A stretch of DNA of 64,000 nt from positions 65,394-129,393 of the forward strand of contig JBEKWR010000005.1 of assembly GCA_049512935.1 (NCBI GenBank), read 5' to 3'. Positions within the stretch are counted from its first letter, which is position 1. Every line of letters starts with the position of its first letter. The translations under genes were made by a program, and so were the position numbers. This stretch comes from Candidatus Bathyarchaeia archaeon (GTDB taxonomy: Archaea > Thermoproteota > Bathyarchaeia > Bathyarchaeales > Bathycorpusculaceae). Below the pieces are notes generated by a model, which was not told where the DNA came from, did not search any database, and saw only the letters and a program-made list of their open reading frames with translations. Positions 1 to 8,934 of this stretch are shown one piece after another.

Positions 1-194
1 TTGATGAATTGATGTATTTTCTCTACAAACTCATACCTTCTACACAAAAGAACTCAACAGAATACCCGCGACTGGAACGAAGGCGAAATCAACTAGTCTG
101 TAGCCTATTTCGTAAAGGACGTATAAACTCCACAATGGCAGCAAAATGGCTTGGTATCAGCGAGATAGAATTTCTTGACTCACTATCCAGCTAA
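1..194 (+). CDS. 5'-truncated protein with a C-terminal UPF0175-like HTH (possible antitoxin or regulator)
   Basis: The frame is open to the window edge. FRKGRINSTMAAKWLGISEIEFLDSL resembles the UPF0175 motif. It overlaps the downstream PIN gene. Confidence 0.5.
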   Translation, partial: DELMYFLYKLIPSTQKNSTEYPRLERRRNQLVCSLFRKGRINSTMAAKWLGISEIEFLDSLSS

Positions 195-690
195 AGCAAA
201 ATATGTCTTTGATACTTCACCAGCCGTAATGCTCTTAGAAAAGTGCCAACTAAGAAAACAATTGTTACGCTTTGGCGAAAACAACGCTTTAGTCGCTCCT
301 TATCGAGTCTCAGAAGAATATGCTGTGGGAGACAGCGAAACAACAAAGCCAAATCTTGTTTTGTTTAGAGAAGTTTTTTCTCCTGTTTTTGTCGAAGAAA
401 ACCGAGAGTTGCTAAGATATTTCCACTTCGATAATAGCTCAGGAGAATACTGGGTTATCGCGTATGCTCTCGGTCATCCAGATTTCATATGTGTTATTGA
501 TGAATATTTTGGAAGAACCATAAGCGGCTATTTTAATGCTAAACTCACGGGAACAATAGGTATTCTGAAAAGAATGAAAGCAGAAAATTGTTTGACACTG
601 GAAGATTTAGATTGTATAAAAAACACAATTAAGAAAAGCCGATTCTACCTTTCAAAAGACTTGCTCAGAGAATTGGATCAAATAACTTAA
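175..690 (+). CDS. PIN-domain protein, DUF3368-like (VapC-related)
   Basis: Motifs VFDTS, SGEYWVIAYAL, VIDE and TGTIGIL. Confidence 0.75.
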   Translation: MTHYPAKAKYVFDTSPAVMLLEKCQLRKQLLRFGENNALVAPYRVSEEYAVGDSETTKPNLVLFREVFSPVFVEENRELLRYFHFDNSSGEYWVIAYALGHPDFICVIDEYFGRTISGYFNAKLTGTIGILKRMKAENCLTLEDLDCIKNTIKKSRFYLSKDLLRELDQIT

Positions 691-745
691 CAATATCGTC
701 ACCACAAAAGACTTAACAGTATCCTATGGATCAATTTGCCGTCAA

Positions 746-1090
746 TCAGCAACTCGACTCATGCTTTTCCCGCGCGCGCTTTTCAACTGTGACTCCGCTG
801 GCTTCAGGCGATAGGTTCTTGGACCAAAAACAGCCTGACCATATCGGGTACGCTGGATCGCCACGCTCAAACTCAACCCAAACATTGGTTCCGATTGCAG
901 GGATGGGGAAAAACCCAATCCCTTCCGCAGAATAGGGAAGGCATGGAAGAGCCCAACTAGAAGTAAGCGTGTCACCGAAAACCTCAGGTACAATGGCGCG
1001 AATGCGACATATCATTAATGGATCCTGATTGTCAACAACCACGCCTCTGTATTTTCCAAAAAACTTCTTGCTTGAACTCAAAATGCTCAT
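746..1090 (-). CDS. Stand-alone phage baseplate protein V / Gp5-VgrG N-terminal OB-fold protein
   Basis: FGKYRGVVVDNQDP..RIRAIVPEV..WALPCLPY..GFFPIPAIGTNVWVEFERGDPAYPIWSGCFW is the signature seen in contractile injection system spike genes. Confidence 0.85.
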   Translation of the reverse strand: MSILSSSKKFFGKYRGVVVDNQDPLMICRIRAIVPEVFGDTLTSSWALPCLPYSAEGIGFFPIPAIGTNVWVEFERGDPAYPIWSGCFWSKNLSPEASGVTVEKRAREKHESSC

Positions 1091-1246
1091 CTTCTTAATT
1101 CACAAATATTATGCCCTTGATCGTTTTAAAGTGTTACTTGATCCGAATTGAGCCTTAGGGCACGCACGCAGATGTTACCGACAGCGCCCGTGCTTGAAAC
1201 CGTCGTTCAGACCTTAAGCATGGTTTTCTTCAATTCAGTCGATTGC

Positions 1247-1665
1247 TTAGGTCAGTTCAGCTGTTCCATCCTGCTGTGTTTTTAACGGTTGCATGTGTTT
1301 TTGGAGAAAACCAAAGTTTTGTGCACGGAAAAGGTGGCTGCTGCATTTGCAGTCTGAGCAGCCGAACCCCGCGATTGGCTGGGCGTTTGCCCCTAGCAAG
1401 CTGGCGATTTCGCACTCTTTAGCTTTAAGACCAGCACTGCAGAAGACCGCTATTACATTTGCTGCTTCGCTGCCTAGAAAGTAGTCGATGTGCCAGAACA
1501 ACCGTTTCTCTTTCTTCGATGCCTTGCCACCCGAAGCTCCAAGTTGCTTTGAGCTGAGCCAACATAAGCGTATAAACCCTCAGCGAAGGCTATCTCTCCT
1601 AAGGCGCCGATTTTGATGAGGACAGCTTTGTTGATTCGGATGATCAGTACATAGACGCCTTTCAA
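1247..1665 (-). pseudogene. GIY-YIG nuclease (DUF123/Uri family), frameshifted
   Basis: The N-half (KGVYVL..GLYAYVGSA..RVARH, 1474-1665) and C-half (FWHIDYFL..GFGCSDCKCSSHLF, 1247-1501) are in different frames. Adding one A near 1511-1513 restores RHRRKEKRLFWHIDY. Confidence 0.8.
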
Positions 1666-1701
1666 CTGCTTCGCCGCAGAGAAAAAACAGTTTTTAAGGC
1701 T

Positions 1702-3780
1702 TTAATGTTTTTCTTCTTTTAGCCCGAGCTGTTGAAGCATCAGCTCAGTGCTGTTGGTTGGTGGAAGGCATGTTTGGTTTCGGCACACGTAAGCAGTGGC
1801 GTTGCCTTCGATTTGCTGGTAACCCAAGCCAGCCTTGTCGGGAAGCTTAAGCGCGGTTATCGTGGTTGGCAGGTAATGTTGCCTAAGCGCCTTGAGCATT
1901 TCTTGAGTGTCCTTTGCGTTTAGTTCGCCGACTACCGTGACGCTGTAGAATGGGCCAAGCTGAAAGTCAACTGCTGAAAGAAAGAATGTGAAGGCGTCGG
2001 GTGCTCCTTCGACTTCTTCCGCGAAGGTTTTAGTCATCTGGGTTGCCATCTGCTCATACGTGGGCTGGTCCGTTAATCGGCTGAGCCACAGCAGGTCATG
2101 CAGCGCCACCGAGTTTCCCGATGGAGTTGCGCCGTCATAGAGCTGTTTGATTTTCGGCATTCCATGCTGATTGCCTTGTGTCTGGTAGAATCCGCCGTTT
2201 TGCTGGTCCCAAAACTTGCTCACCATGTTTTTTGTCAGGTCGGCGGCGGCTTGAAGGTACACGTCGTTGAACGTTGCCTCGTACAGCTGTATGAGCCCAT
2301 ACACAGTGCAGGCATAGTCGTCTAGAAACCCCTCTACAGCCACCTCGCCTTTCGCGTAACGATGATACAACACATCACCTTTCCGCATATTGTTTAACAT
2401 AAAGTCTGCTGTCTTGGACGCTGCCTCAAGATACTCTGCGCTGCCGAAAACGACGCCAGCTCTGGCTAAAGCCGCAATCATTAAGCCGTTCCAGTCGGCT
2501 AAGACCTTGTCATCTATCGCTGGAGCGACACGCTTTTGTCTGGCTTTAAAAAGGGCGTTTCGGATTTTTCCCATCTGCATGATTAATTCATCGACGCTTA
2601 AGCCCTTGTACGCGGCAAGGTCTTCAAGGGGTTCTGCTATGTGCAGAATGTTTTTGCCGTTTGTATGCCTTGTTTCGCTAATGTAGTTGCCTTCGGGTTT
2701 CAAGCCGTAGAGGTGAACTGCCAACTCTGCATCCGCAGGAGATAAAACATCGAGTACTTCGTCGACGGTCCAGATGTAAAACTTGCCTTCTTCCCCCTCC
2801 GAGTCAGCGTCTTGAGCCGAATAAAACCCGCCTCCGTCTCCTGCAGACAGGTCGCGAAGGACGTACTCCAAAGTCTCTTTTGCCGAAATCTTGAACTTGG
2901 GGGAACCCGTCGCCTGATACGCCTCAACATACGCCAGCGTCAGCAACGCCTGGTCGTAAAGCATCTTTTCAAAATGAGGAACCAGCCATTCCGGGTCAGT
3001 GCTGTACCTGTGAAAACCAAAACCGAGTTGGTCAAAAATTCCGCCCAAACGCATCTGGCGCAGAGTATTTTCAGCCATAGAAAGCGCGGTTTTTTCCCCA
3101 GTGTGTGCATAGCGGCGCAGAAGATACAGGAGCTTGTGCGGCGTGGGAAACTTCGGCGCAAACCCGAACCCGCCGTTTTCCTTGTCGTAATCCAGCTTAA
3201 GGCGGTCAAATCCGTCCTGCAAGACCTCAGCGTTGAGTTGGTTTTGGGGCGCTCGTTTCTCGACGGCTTCTATGCGCGCTTTGATATCTGCACCGACCAT
3301 TTCCATTTGGGAACGCTGCATTTTCCATATTTGCGTGACCTGCGGCACAAGGTCAAACATGCCGATTATGCCTGGTCGACTGTGTTTAGGTATATAGCTT
3401 TGGGCAAAGAACGGGTTTAGCTTGGGTGTCATTATTATGTTGAGGGGCCAGCCGCAATTTCTGCCCATGGCTTGACACACAGCCATGTATTGAGCGTCAA
3501 GGTCGGGTCTTTCTTCACGGTCAACTTTAATGCACACGAACGCTTGGTTCAGCAGGTCGGCGACTTGCTGGTCGCTGAAGCACTCCATTTCCATCACGTG
3601 GCACCAGTGGCAAGTCGAGTAGCCTATGCTGAGAAAGACTGGTTTGTCTTCAGCCTGCGCATTGTCTAAAGCTTCTTGGCTCCAAGGATACCAGTCCACA
3701 GGGTTGTAGGCGTGCTGGAGAAGGTACGGGCTTTTTTCCTTGATAAGCCTGTTAGGTTTGGGTTCTGGTTTTTGCTGCAT
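1702..3780 (-). CDS. YyaL/SSP411-family protein (DUF255 thioredoxin domain plus alpha/alpha barrel)
   Basis: [39 protein letters not shown]. Confidence 0.95.
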   Translation of the reverse strand: MQQKPEPKPNRLIKEKSPYLLQHAYNPVDWYPWSQEALDNAQAEDKPVFLSIGYSTCHWCHVMEMECFSDQQVADLLNQAFVCIKVDREERPDLDAQYMAVCQAMGRNCGWPLNIIMTPKLNPFFAQSYIPKHSRPGIIGMFDLVPQVTQIWKMQRSQMEMVGADIKARIEAVEKRAPQNQLNAEVLQDGFDRLKLDYDKENGGFGFAPKFPTPHKLLYLLRRYAHTGEKTALSMAENTLRQMRLGGIFDQLGFGFHRYSTDPEWLVPHFEKMLYDQALLTLAYVEAYQATGSPKFKISAKETLEYVLRDLSAGDGGGFYSAQDADSEGEEGKFYIWTVDEVLDVLSPADAELAVHLYGLKPEGNYISETRHTNGKNILHIAEPLEDLAAYKGLSVDELIMQMGKIRNALFKARQKRVAPAIDDKVLADWNGLMIAALARAGVVFGSAEYLEAASKTADFMLNNMRKGDVLYHRYAKGEVAVEGFLDDYACTVYGLIQLYEATFNDVYLQAAADLTKNMVSKFWDQQNGGFYQTQGNQHGMPKIKQLYDGATPSGNSVALHDLLWLSRLTDQPTYEQMATQMTKTFAEEVEGAPDAFTFFLSAVDFQLGPFYSVTVVGELNAKDTQEMLKALRQHYLPTTITALKLPDKAGLGYQQIEGNATAYVCRNQTCLPPTNSTELMLQQLGLKEEKH

Positions 3781-3945
3781 AAAACTTGCGCTTCCTGCTT
3801 TCAGTATAAGTTTAGTGCCTTTTATTAACCGTTAAGGTTTTTGGTTTAGACTGTTTTCTGTTTTTGCCTTTTTTTGATTCAAGAGCAAGAAATTGAATTA
3901 TTCGCTAGGTTGCCTAAGTGGCGTGAAAAGCGAAGGGAACTATTT

Positions 3946-4215
3946 TTAATAATAGTAGAGTGGGTGACGTTTGCGGGTTGATGAGAGAAGACCAAGCAAC
4001 AAAAAAACTGCGCCGATTAAAGCAACAAAGCAGCCTACCAACAATTCAACGCTAGAACCTGACAGCGCCGATGATGAATCAAAAGAGCTCTGCTGCGTCA
4101 CGCCTGCCGATGCCCAGCAAAGAACGAGTCCTATAATTAGAACAATGAACCCGAAAAATGCAAGGTACACATTTAATGACCAATTATTCAAACGGCTCAT
4201 TGTCCCACGGCTCAT
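3946..4215 (-). CDS. Small membrane protein with two TM helices
   Basis: Two hydrophobic segments and a basic tail. GGAG lies upstream of the ATG. Confidence 0.6.
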   Translation of the reverse strand: MSRGTMSRLNNWSLNVYLAFFGFIVLIIGLVLCWASAGVTQQSSFDSSSALSGSSVELLVGCFVALIGAVFLLLGLLSSTRKRHPLYYY

Positions 4216-4357
4216 GTTCTCCTATTTTTGAAAGTTAAGCTTTATGAATTATAAAGCCAGAAGTCGCGAAGCCTCAGAATCCCCTCTTGGGGGGTTGGGT
4301 GAGTTCGTAGGTTCTGAAAAAATCTGAATTGTTAAGACGGGATTTGCGGGGAGTTAC

Positions 4358-4366
4358 TTTAATATA
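4358..4366 (+). promoter_or_regulatory. TATA box of the queT promoter
   Basis: TTTAATATA lies about 28 nt upstream of the hairpin at 4394. Confidence 0.6.
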
Positions 4367-4393
4367 TCTCTGATGAGATAATTTTGTTCCTTC

Positions 4394-4431
4394 GGTAGTT
4401 TCCGTATATAACCTACCTTAAAAAACCCGGG
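4394..4431 (+). ncRNA. Putative preQ1-class-I-like riboswitch aptamer in the queT 5' leader
   Basis: 5-bp stem GGTAG/CTACC, a U-starting loop ending in AAC, and a tail TTAAAAAAC. It sits directly upstream of a QueT transporter. Confidence 0.7.
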
Positions 4432-4440
4432 TTGAATGAA

Positions 4441-4932
4441 ATGAAATTGAATGCTAAGAGTTTAGCTGTTATGGCTATCTTTGCCGCTTTGTATGCGGTT
4501 GGAGTTATTGTATTGGCGCCGATAAGCTTCAGTATCGTCCAAGTAAGAGTTGCAGATGCATTATTGCCGTTGGCTATGATTTTTGGGTTGCCAAGCGCTT
4601 TGGGTCTTAGTTTAGGATGTATAGTTTCAAATGTCTATGGAGGGCTTGGAGTAATTGACATTGTTGGGGGAGCAGCCGCAAATCTTGTTGCTTGCACTTT
4701 GGCATGGTACATTGGAAGAAAAGGAAACGGACTTCAACGATTTACAGGAACTGTTGCAGAAACAGTAGCTGTCACTTTGATTGTTGGAGGATACCTATCG
4801 ATTATATTTCAAGTGCCACTGGAGTTCAGTCTATTGGGATTATCCATAGGGGAAATAATTGCCATAAACCTCATCGGGTTTCCTCTGCAGGAAGTCATAA
4901 GAAAAAGCAAAATTTTCAGCAAATTCACCTAA
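4441..4932 (+). CDS. queT: QueT-family queuosine/7-deazaguanine precursor transporter
   Basis: AIFAALY..LAPISFSIVQVRVADAL..GLSLGCIVSN..G.IDIVGG. Multi-TM protein; ATG 4441 preferred over TTG 4432. Confidence 0.9.
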   Translation: MKLNAKSLAVMAIFAALYAVGVIVLAPISFSIVQVRVADALLPLAMIFGLPSALGLSLGCIVSNVYGGLGVIDIVGGAAANLVACTLAWYIGRKGNGLQRFTGTVAETVAVTLIVGGYLSIIFQVPLEFSLLGLSIGEIIAINLIGFPLQEVIRKSKIFSKFT

Positions 4933-4966
4933 AAATGGTGCCCAAAGGATAGAAAACGCGGTTTCT

Positions 4967-5542
4967 TTATTTTTGTAGCTGGCAGTTTTTTATGCATTCT
5001 ACCAGTGACCTGAGGTTTTGCACACTTTTGTCTAGAGTGACGAAGTTTTCGATTTCGCCTATTGCGCTGCCTGGAATAATTACGATTACCTTGCTCAGGA
5101 AGGGTCTGCTGAACCCGAGTTCCATAGCAGCTTTATCATTCAAGGCAACCTGCAAGCCATTGACTCTCCAGTTGTCCAAATCCACATCTACCCCATCGAC
5201 TTCTCCCAAAACCTCGCCATTTGGGCTGAATACTTTTTTGCCTTCGACTTTGACATTATCTACCTGCATCTCTTTTTCCGCGATATCTTTGAGGTTTCTT
5301 ATCGGTTCCTTGAGTTCTATCACGTCGCCGACTGCCTTGATTAATTCAGTTGGTAGGCACACCATTATTTTTCGTAGAAATTGCTTTTTCATGTCGAGTT
5401 CTGCTGCCGCTTCATCGCTGAGGATGACGTAGAAGGCGGTGGCTTGCCACGCGTCGAAGTCAAAATGCAGATCATTGATTTCTCCCAGGATATAGCCTTC
5501 GGTTCCGACAACTTTTTTTGCTTTTAACAGTACAGGATTCAT
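4967..5542 (-). CDS. Tandem PRC-barrel domain protein
   Basis: Two copies of KKV..EG.ILGE...D.D.W.....V.L.D.AA.EL. Confidence 0.85.
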   Translation of the reverse strand: MNPVLLKAKKVVGTEGYILGEINDLHFDFDAWQATAFYVILSDEAAAELDMKKQFLRKIMVCLPTELIKAVGDVIELKEPIRNLKDIAEKEMQVDNVKVEGKKVFSPNGEVLGEVDGVDVDLDNWRVNGLQVALNDKAAMELGFSRPFLSKVIVIIPGSAIGEIENFVTLDKSVQNLRSLVECIKNCQLQK

Positions 5543-5648
5543 CGGGTTTCACTCTCTTGGTTATTTCAGCTGTTTCAAGAATAAATAATTTGCTTAAGTG
5601 CCAGCCCGTCAAGCTGGGGCGAGGCGGGAACCTTAGAGACTTGGCAGC

Positions 5649-5852
5649 TTAAATCTTCTTTATTTGGGTTGCTTGCCTATCAATTCTTCTAAAGATAAAG
5701 TTAGCAACCAGCCCCACCAAAAGGCCACCGATGAGGAATTCGATCAGATTTAGGAATCTGAAGGGTGGCTCATACAAGATTAGAAGAAGAATCACCAGTA
5801 CGAGACCTACTATACCAACGATACGCTTCTTCCTGCGGGCAGCCTCATCCAT
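5649..5852 (-). CDS. Small 2-TM membrane protein (67 aa)
   Basis: MDEAARRKKRIVGIVGLVLV... with GAGGTTGG upstream. The longer ORF extension looks spurious. Confidence 0.6.
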   Translation of the reverse strand: MDEAARRKKRIVGIVGLVLVILLLILYEPPFRFLNLIEFLIGGLLVGLVANFIFRRIDRQATQIKKI

Positions 5853-6065
5853 CTGTGTAATCCCAACCTCAACAATCCACCAATAGCCTATAATCATTGC
5901 TGCTAGTGCATAGGGAAAAGGAAGGCACGTTTTGTCCTTTACGTTCGGGTTGATTTCCACCTTTCCGTTTGAGTCTTTTTCGCGGGTTACCACTTTCACG
6001 TTGCAACCGACCCTTAACGTCTCTTCACGACTTTTCCCGTCACTTCTGAAAGAACACAATCAAGG

Positions 6066-6827
6066 TTATGACGCCATTTTGTTAAGCGACCTCAAACCCC
6101 ACAAGAACACGAGAACAGCAAGCACGCCTATTATTACGAATCCTTCTACTATTGCAACGTTCGAAAAGTTCCCAGCGAACAATGCACGGGTCGCGTTGAC
6201 CGCGTAGGAGAACGGGTTAACCTTCGAGGCGTCTTGAAGCCAAATCGGCGCGAGCGCCAAGGGAAGAATGATGCCTGACAGCAGGGAAACGGGAAGGGTT
6301 ATGGTGTTCAGCGTCGGCGCAAGAGGGTCTTCAATCTTGTAGATAAGCGCGAAACCGTATGAAATAGACGCCATGGTGATTCCGATCAGAGCGTACAGCA
6401 GCAGAGAGAGCAAGAACCCGTAAATATTTATGCTAAGCCCAAACGGAATAGCAACCAGTGTAATTAGGACGCATTGAAGAAGCAGGATTATTGCATCCCT
6501 TAGAACCCTGCCTAAAAGAATGGCGGGTCGTTTCACTGGGGTGACTAAGAATCGTTCTATAACTCCAGTTCTTATATCGTCAATAAGTGAGAATCCGACG
6601 AAGGCTGTGCCGAAGAGCGCTTGCAGAACAAGAAGTCCAGGAATGAAAACATCTACTGCTTTTCCAGGGGGAATACCAGGAACGCTGCCAAGCCCGTTAA
6701 GGAGCGGCATAAACAAGATCAAGTACATGAGCGGCTGGAACATGCTTACGAAAACAAAAACTGGGCTCCTCAGCGTGTGTTGCATGTTGCGGATAAACAT
6801 CAATTTAGTGTCGCGTAGAAATGTCAT
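6066..6827 (-). CDS. ABC-2 type exporter permease (DrrB-like)
   Basis: QPLMYLILF, G.IERFLVTP, NPFSYAVNATRALF. ATGA overlap with the ATPase gene. Confidence 0.92.
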   Translation of the reverse strand: MTFLRDTKLMFIRNMQHTLRSPVFVFVSMFQPLMYLILFMPLLNGLGSVPGIPPGKAVDVFIPGLLVLQALFGTAFVGFSLIDDIRTGVIERFLVTPVKRPAILLGRVLRDAIILLLQCVLITLVAIPFGLSINIYGFLLSLLLYALIGITMASISYGFALIYKIEDPLAPTLNTITLPVSLLSGIILPLALAPIWLQDASKVNPFSYAVNATRALFAGNFSNVAIVEGFVIIGVLAVLVFLWGLRSLNKMAS

Positions 6828-7807
6828 TTTATGTTATCCTCCCTGAGCGAGCGGCCCGTGTACTTAAGGAAAACATCATCTAAACTTGGCCTAGACAACG
6901 TTACAGCTTGCGCCTCCAAGTTGCTCGCGTCGAGCGAGCGTAAAAGGTCAGGCATAATTCTCTCTCCGTCTTTAACAGTAAGATGCACAGCGTTGTTCAT
7001 AGTTTGAATTTTCTCCACCTTAACCTTCTCGGTTAACAAAGTTTCAGCCTTGCAAGCAACTTCCTCCGACACAAAACTAAACACTATCGTGTCGCCGCCA
7101 ACCGAGCTTTTCAATTCTTCCGGTGTTCCCTCCACAACAATTTTTCCGTTATCTATGATGGCTATTATGTCGCACAGCTTATCGGCTTCATCCATGTATT
7201 GAGTTGTTAAAAAGATGGTGACGCCGTCAGCCTTCAGTTTTTTAATTTCTCCCCACAAGTATGCTCTGCTCTGCGGGTCAAGCCCTGTTGTCGGCTCGTC
7301 GAGAAGAAGCAGTTTCGGATGGTGAATCATTCCAAGCGCAATGTCTAAACGACGTTTTTGTCCGCCCGAGTAGGTCTGGGCTGGCCGCGCAATGAATGAG
7401 CCCATCTGCAAGCGCTCCACAAATTCGGAGGCGTATTTCTTCGCGGTTAAAGTGTCTAAACCGTACAGTTGAGCTTGAAGGACCAGGTTCTCAACGCCTG
7501 TAGAACTCAAGTCGGCTCCACCTGCTTGGCTCACGCACCCAACGTTCTGCCTGATCTGCTCCTGCTGACCCGCCAAATCGTACCCGAGAACCTTCGCTTC
7601 CCCACCAGTTGGGCACAACAACGTGGAAAGCATCTTCTGCGTGGTGGATTTGCCAGCGCCGTTTGGACCTAGAAAACCGAAGATTTCCCCTTTCCTAACG
7701 GCGAGATCTATACCTCTAACTGCTTCTACCTCTTTTTTGCCGCCCCGCCCGTTAGTAACGAAGGTCTTCCGAAGCCCTTTCGTTTCTATCACTAAATTTT
7801 CTGTCAT
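6824..7807 (-). CDS. ABC exporter ATP-binding subunit (DrrA-like)
   Basis: Walker A GPNGAGKST, signature YSGGQ, LLLDEPTTGLD, and C-terminal PSLDDVFLKYTG. Confidence 0.95.
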   Translation of the reverse strand: MTENLVIETKGLRKTFVTNGRGGKKEVEAVRGIDLAVRKGEIFGFLGPNGAGKSTTQKMLSTLLCPTGGEAKVLGYDLAGQQEQIRQNVGCVSQAGGADLSSTGVENLVLQAQLYGLDTLTAKKYASEFVERLQMGSFIARPAQTYSGGQKRRLDIALGMIHHPKLLLLDEPTTGLDPQSRAYLWGEIKKLKADGVTIFLTTQYMDEADKLCDIIAIIDNGKIVVEGTPEELKSSVGGDTIVFSFVSEEVACKAETLLTEKVKVEKIQTMNNAVHLTVKDGERIMPDLLRSLDASNLEAQAVTLSRPSLDDVFLKYTGRSLREDNIK

Positions 7808-8319
7808 ACCTAACCGCCATAGTTAATTGATCAAATTTCAATACCGAAATCGTTTAACCGATATTGATCAAGCGCTATAAACGTTGTCTTCATTTAGAAA
7901 AGGAGCCATGGAAGGATGATGCGCCTTGTTGACCAAAAAACGGTCAGAGACACTGTTGCTAAGCGATGTTACGCACATAGTTTTAAGAACAATCTTAGGC
8001 AATCTCTGCTTGAATCGTCATGTGCAACTTACCGAATATGCAAAGATCAGATCTTAACGAGATCCCGAAGCCCGAAAGAAAACAAAAAAGAGAAATCGAA
8101 GTTGACCCAGTCAACATGTTTACGGTCGACTACAAGCTGCTGAAGAATCTCCGTTAACACGCGAAATGCCACGCTTGCAACAGCCCAGCTTAAAGCGTTT
8201 CCAGAAAACAGAGCGCTGCCTAACCGTAATCGTGCTGCTTCCCGTGTGAAAACTCATACGTTATCTGAGATGCCAAAAAACGTTTTCCATTAAACTTTGG
8301 AAAGACAGAAAAGTGAGGC

Positions 8320-8682
8320 TTAACTTTCTGTTTTCTCTTCGTTCGTTTCTTCGAAGGCGATTTCTTGCTCGGCTTGCGCTTTAGCTTCTTGCTCAGCCTT
8401 CGTCTCGGCTTCTTTCCGAGCGTGCACTTCTGCGTCCAGCGATTCTGACTCTGAGTTTATCGCGTTTGACGTGACGATCGCCACTACGAAGGAAATAACG
8501 CCGGCAACTATGAACGGCAAAGATGCTGTTAACACGCTCATGTAAACTAACTTCGCAGGAGCCGTTGACAAGTAGAGCACCGTATCTAACTCGTAAGTCG
8601 CCACCGCCGCTATCCCAGTGAAAACTATGAACACAATGCCGAACAGGAAGGAGAGTTTGTTTACGATTTTCCAGTTATCCAT
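8320..8682 (-). CDS. Membrane protein with two TM helices and an acidic C-terminal tail
   Basis: Probable start MDNWKIV after GAGGA. Two hydrophobic helices and an E/A-rich tail. Confidence 0.65.
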   Translation of the reverse strand: MDNWKIVNKLSFLFGIVFIVFTGIAAVATYELDTVLYLSTAPAKLVYMSVLTASLPFIVAGVISFVVAIVTSNAINSESESLDAEVHARKEAETKAEQEAKAQAEQEIAFEETNEEKTES

Positions 8683-8934
8683 TCGTCCTCGCCAGTTACC
8701 TCTGCTTACTCGCTCTCTCCTTTTAAACCCATTGCATCCCAAACCGACCGCGGAGTTGGCTGCAAAAACGCCTCAAGCCAGCAGATCGAAGCGGATATTT
8801 GTTTTGTCTGATGTTTCAGGAAGACAGAGCGGGACGCGGAATCGAAGCGCCAATAAACATATAAGGTACCAAACGTCACGTTATTTTGGGTATTTTGCCC
8901 TTTCTTCTGTTTTAAGAAAACAAGAGGACTTTTT

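Noticed and set aside
7916-8143. 75-aa ORF in the spacer upstream of the ABC operon
   Set aside because: No recognisable motif or protein-like pattern; left uncalled.
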